Source of the DNA: an uncultured Verrucomicrobiae bacterium
Lineage (GTDB): Bacteria; Verrucomicrobiota; Verrucomicrobiia; Palsa-1439
Direction: 5' to 3'
Length of the DNA: 64,000 nt
Assembly (NCBI GenBank): GCA_963812605.1
Contig: CAWEWF010000011.1
Span: 9,708 to 73,707 of the forward strand
The position numbers were made by a program, and so were the translations under genes. This document shows, piece after piece, positions 63,028 through 64,000 of this stretch. The number at the start of each line of letters is the position of its first letter. Within the stretch, counting starts at the first letter, position 1. The notes below the pieces were generated by a model. It saw only the letters and a program-made list of their open reading frames with translations. It had not been told where the DNA came from and did not search any database.

Positions 63028-64000
63028 TTAGAAAAGATGGATGTAGGCTTTGGCGCGGAGGTCTTTGACCCAGTCCTCCTGCATCTTCGCCCGTTGCTGT
63101 TGGAGGAGAATCTTCTCGATATCGTCACGCACCTCGGCCAGCGCGACCGTGTGCGCCGGTTTCACGTCTTCGACCTGAAGGATGTAATAGCCTTCCGCCG
63201 TCTCAATGACGCGACTGTGCTGGCCGGGTTTGAGTGAGAAAGCGATTTCGTTGAGTTCCTTGCGCAGGACATCCTTGCCGATCCAGCCCCAATCGCCGCC
63301 CTCCTTCGCTTCCTTGCCCTCGGAGTAAACACGCGCCATGCTTTCGAAGCTGTCGCCCGCATCCAGTTTCGCCAGGATTTCATCCGCGAGCTTGCGTTGC
63401 AGATCGACCTCTCGCGACGCGGACCGGGGCGTTCGTTTCGTTGGTGGAAGCGGTGGGCGGCGGCATTCGTTGTGGCGGCCTCGGCTGCGTTCGTAACGGT
63501 CGCCGTTGCTTGCGAGATCGTATTGGTCGAAGCGGCGGTGACTTCCAGGTTCGTGGCCGTGATGGCCGGGGTGGCATTCGTTGCGACGGCCTCGGGCGTG
63601 TTGGTCACTGTCGTTGTCGCTTGCGAAACCGCTGTCGTCGAAGCGGTGGCGGCGACAGTCGTTTCTGAGTTGGTCTGCGACAATTGGTTCGTCGAGGCCG
63701 TCGGCGTCTGTTCCGGGACACTCACGGTGGAAACCAGTTCGCCACGCTTGATGAAAATCATGCGAAGTTTGATCTGTTCGCCGAGTCTTATATTGATCGA
63801 GGTTTTCATTGTAGTATTTCTCCATTTTATAGGGAGAAACCACGATGGTTTGCTGCGTCTTGTGGCCGCGCATGGCCGGATAATCACGCGTTCTCGGACC
63901 TGATCGCGGTACTGCGACAGAGTGAGGTTTTCAGCCTCGAGGGTTTTTACGAAAGCCGCGCGATCCCCCCGTAATCGCTGGAGATGATGTCATTGATCTG
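63028..64000 (-). CDS. SurA/PrsA-like parvulin peptidyl-prolyl isomerase (partial, frameshifted)
   Basis: 'FESMARVYSE..KEGGDWGW' and 'AFSLKPGQHS'; surA-pdxA-rsmA synteny; Thr/Ala/Asn-rich linker. Confidence 0.8.

Noticed and set aside
61371-63128. Apparent PdxA-RsmA fusion (585 aa)
   Set aside because: One indel near 62237 restores the PdxA end (MIAAINMAARLAIPK*) overlapping the rsmA ATG; probably an artefact.

Overview
GC-rich bacterial chromosome segment, probably Verrucomicrobiota or another PVC lineage. This is inferred from the 'GDGIPDWWRAQYFG...DPDGDGMNNLQEYLAGTDP' C-terminus of the GH31 enzyme and from the Thr-Asn-rich exported proteins. Bases 1-16.1 kb hold the right part of a phage-derived virion operon: Mu/D3112-like head and neck genes, a siphovirus tail with a short tape measure, and a distal tail/BR0599 hub/NlpC-P60/large tip module in RcGTA-like order. 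An intact IS1595 with a passenger gene follows (16173-18555, 8-bp target duplication). Next come nrdJ, glnS, padR with three operator-like palindromes, a thioredoxin-domain protein, an esterase and a GH31 enzyme. A reductive pyrimidine catabolism cluster is co-operonic with B12 methylmalonyl-CoA genes and is interrupted by TA/nuclease cargo. The window ends with an ABC module, bioB, a HEAT-repeat protein and rsmA-pdxA-surA. The most unusual signal: eleven operon-internal gaps (8 phage, 3 host; ten contain repeats) are each spanned by an open mini-ORF whose start overlaps the upstream stop and whose stop overlaps or lies within 10 nt of the downstream start. The same repeat families also sit in-frame inside virion genes and glnS. 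Many single-base frameshifts look like assembly errors. All product calls rest on motif recognition and synteny, not database searches.
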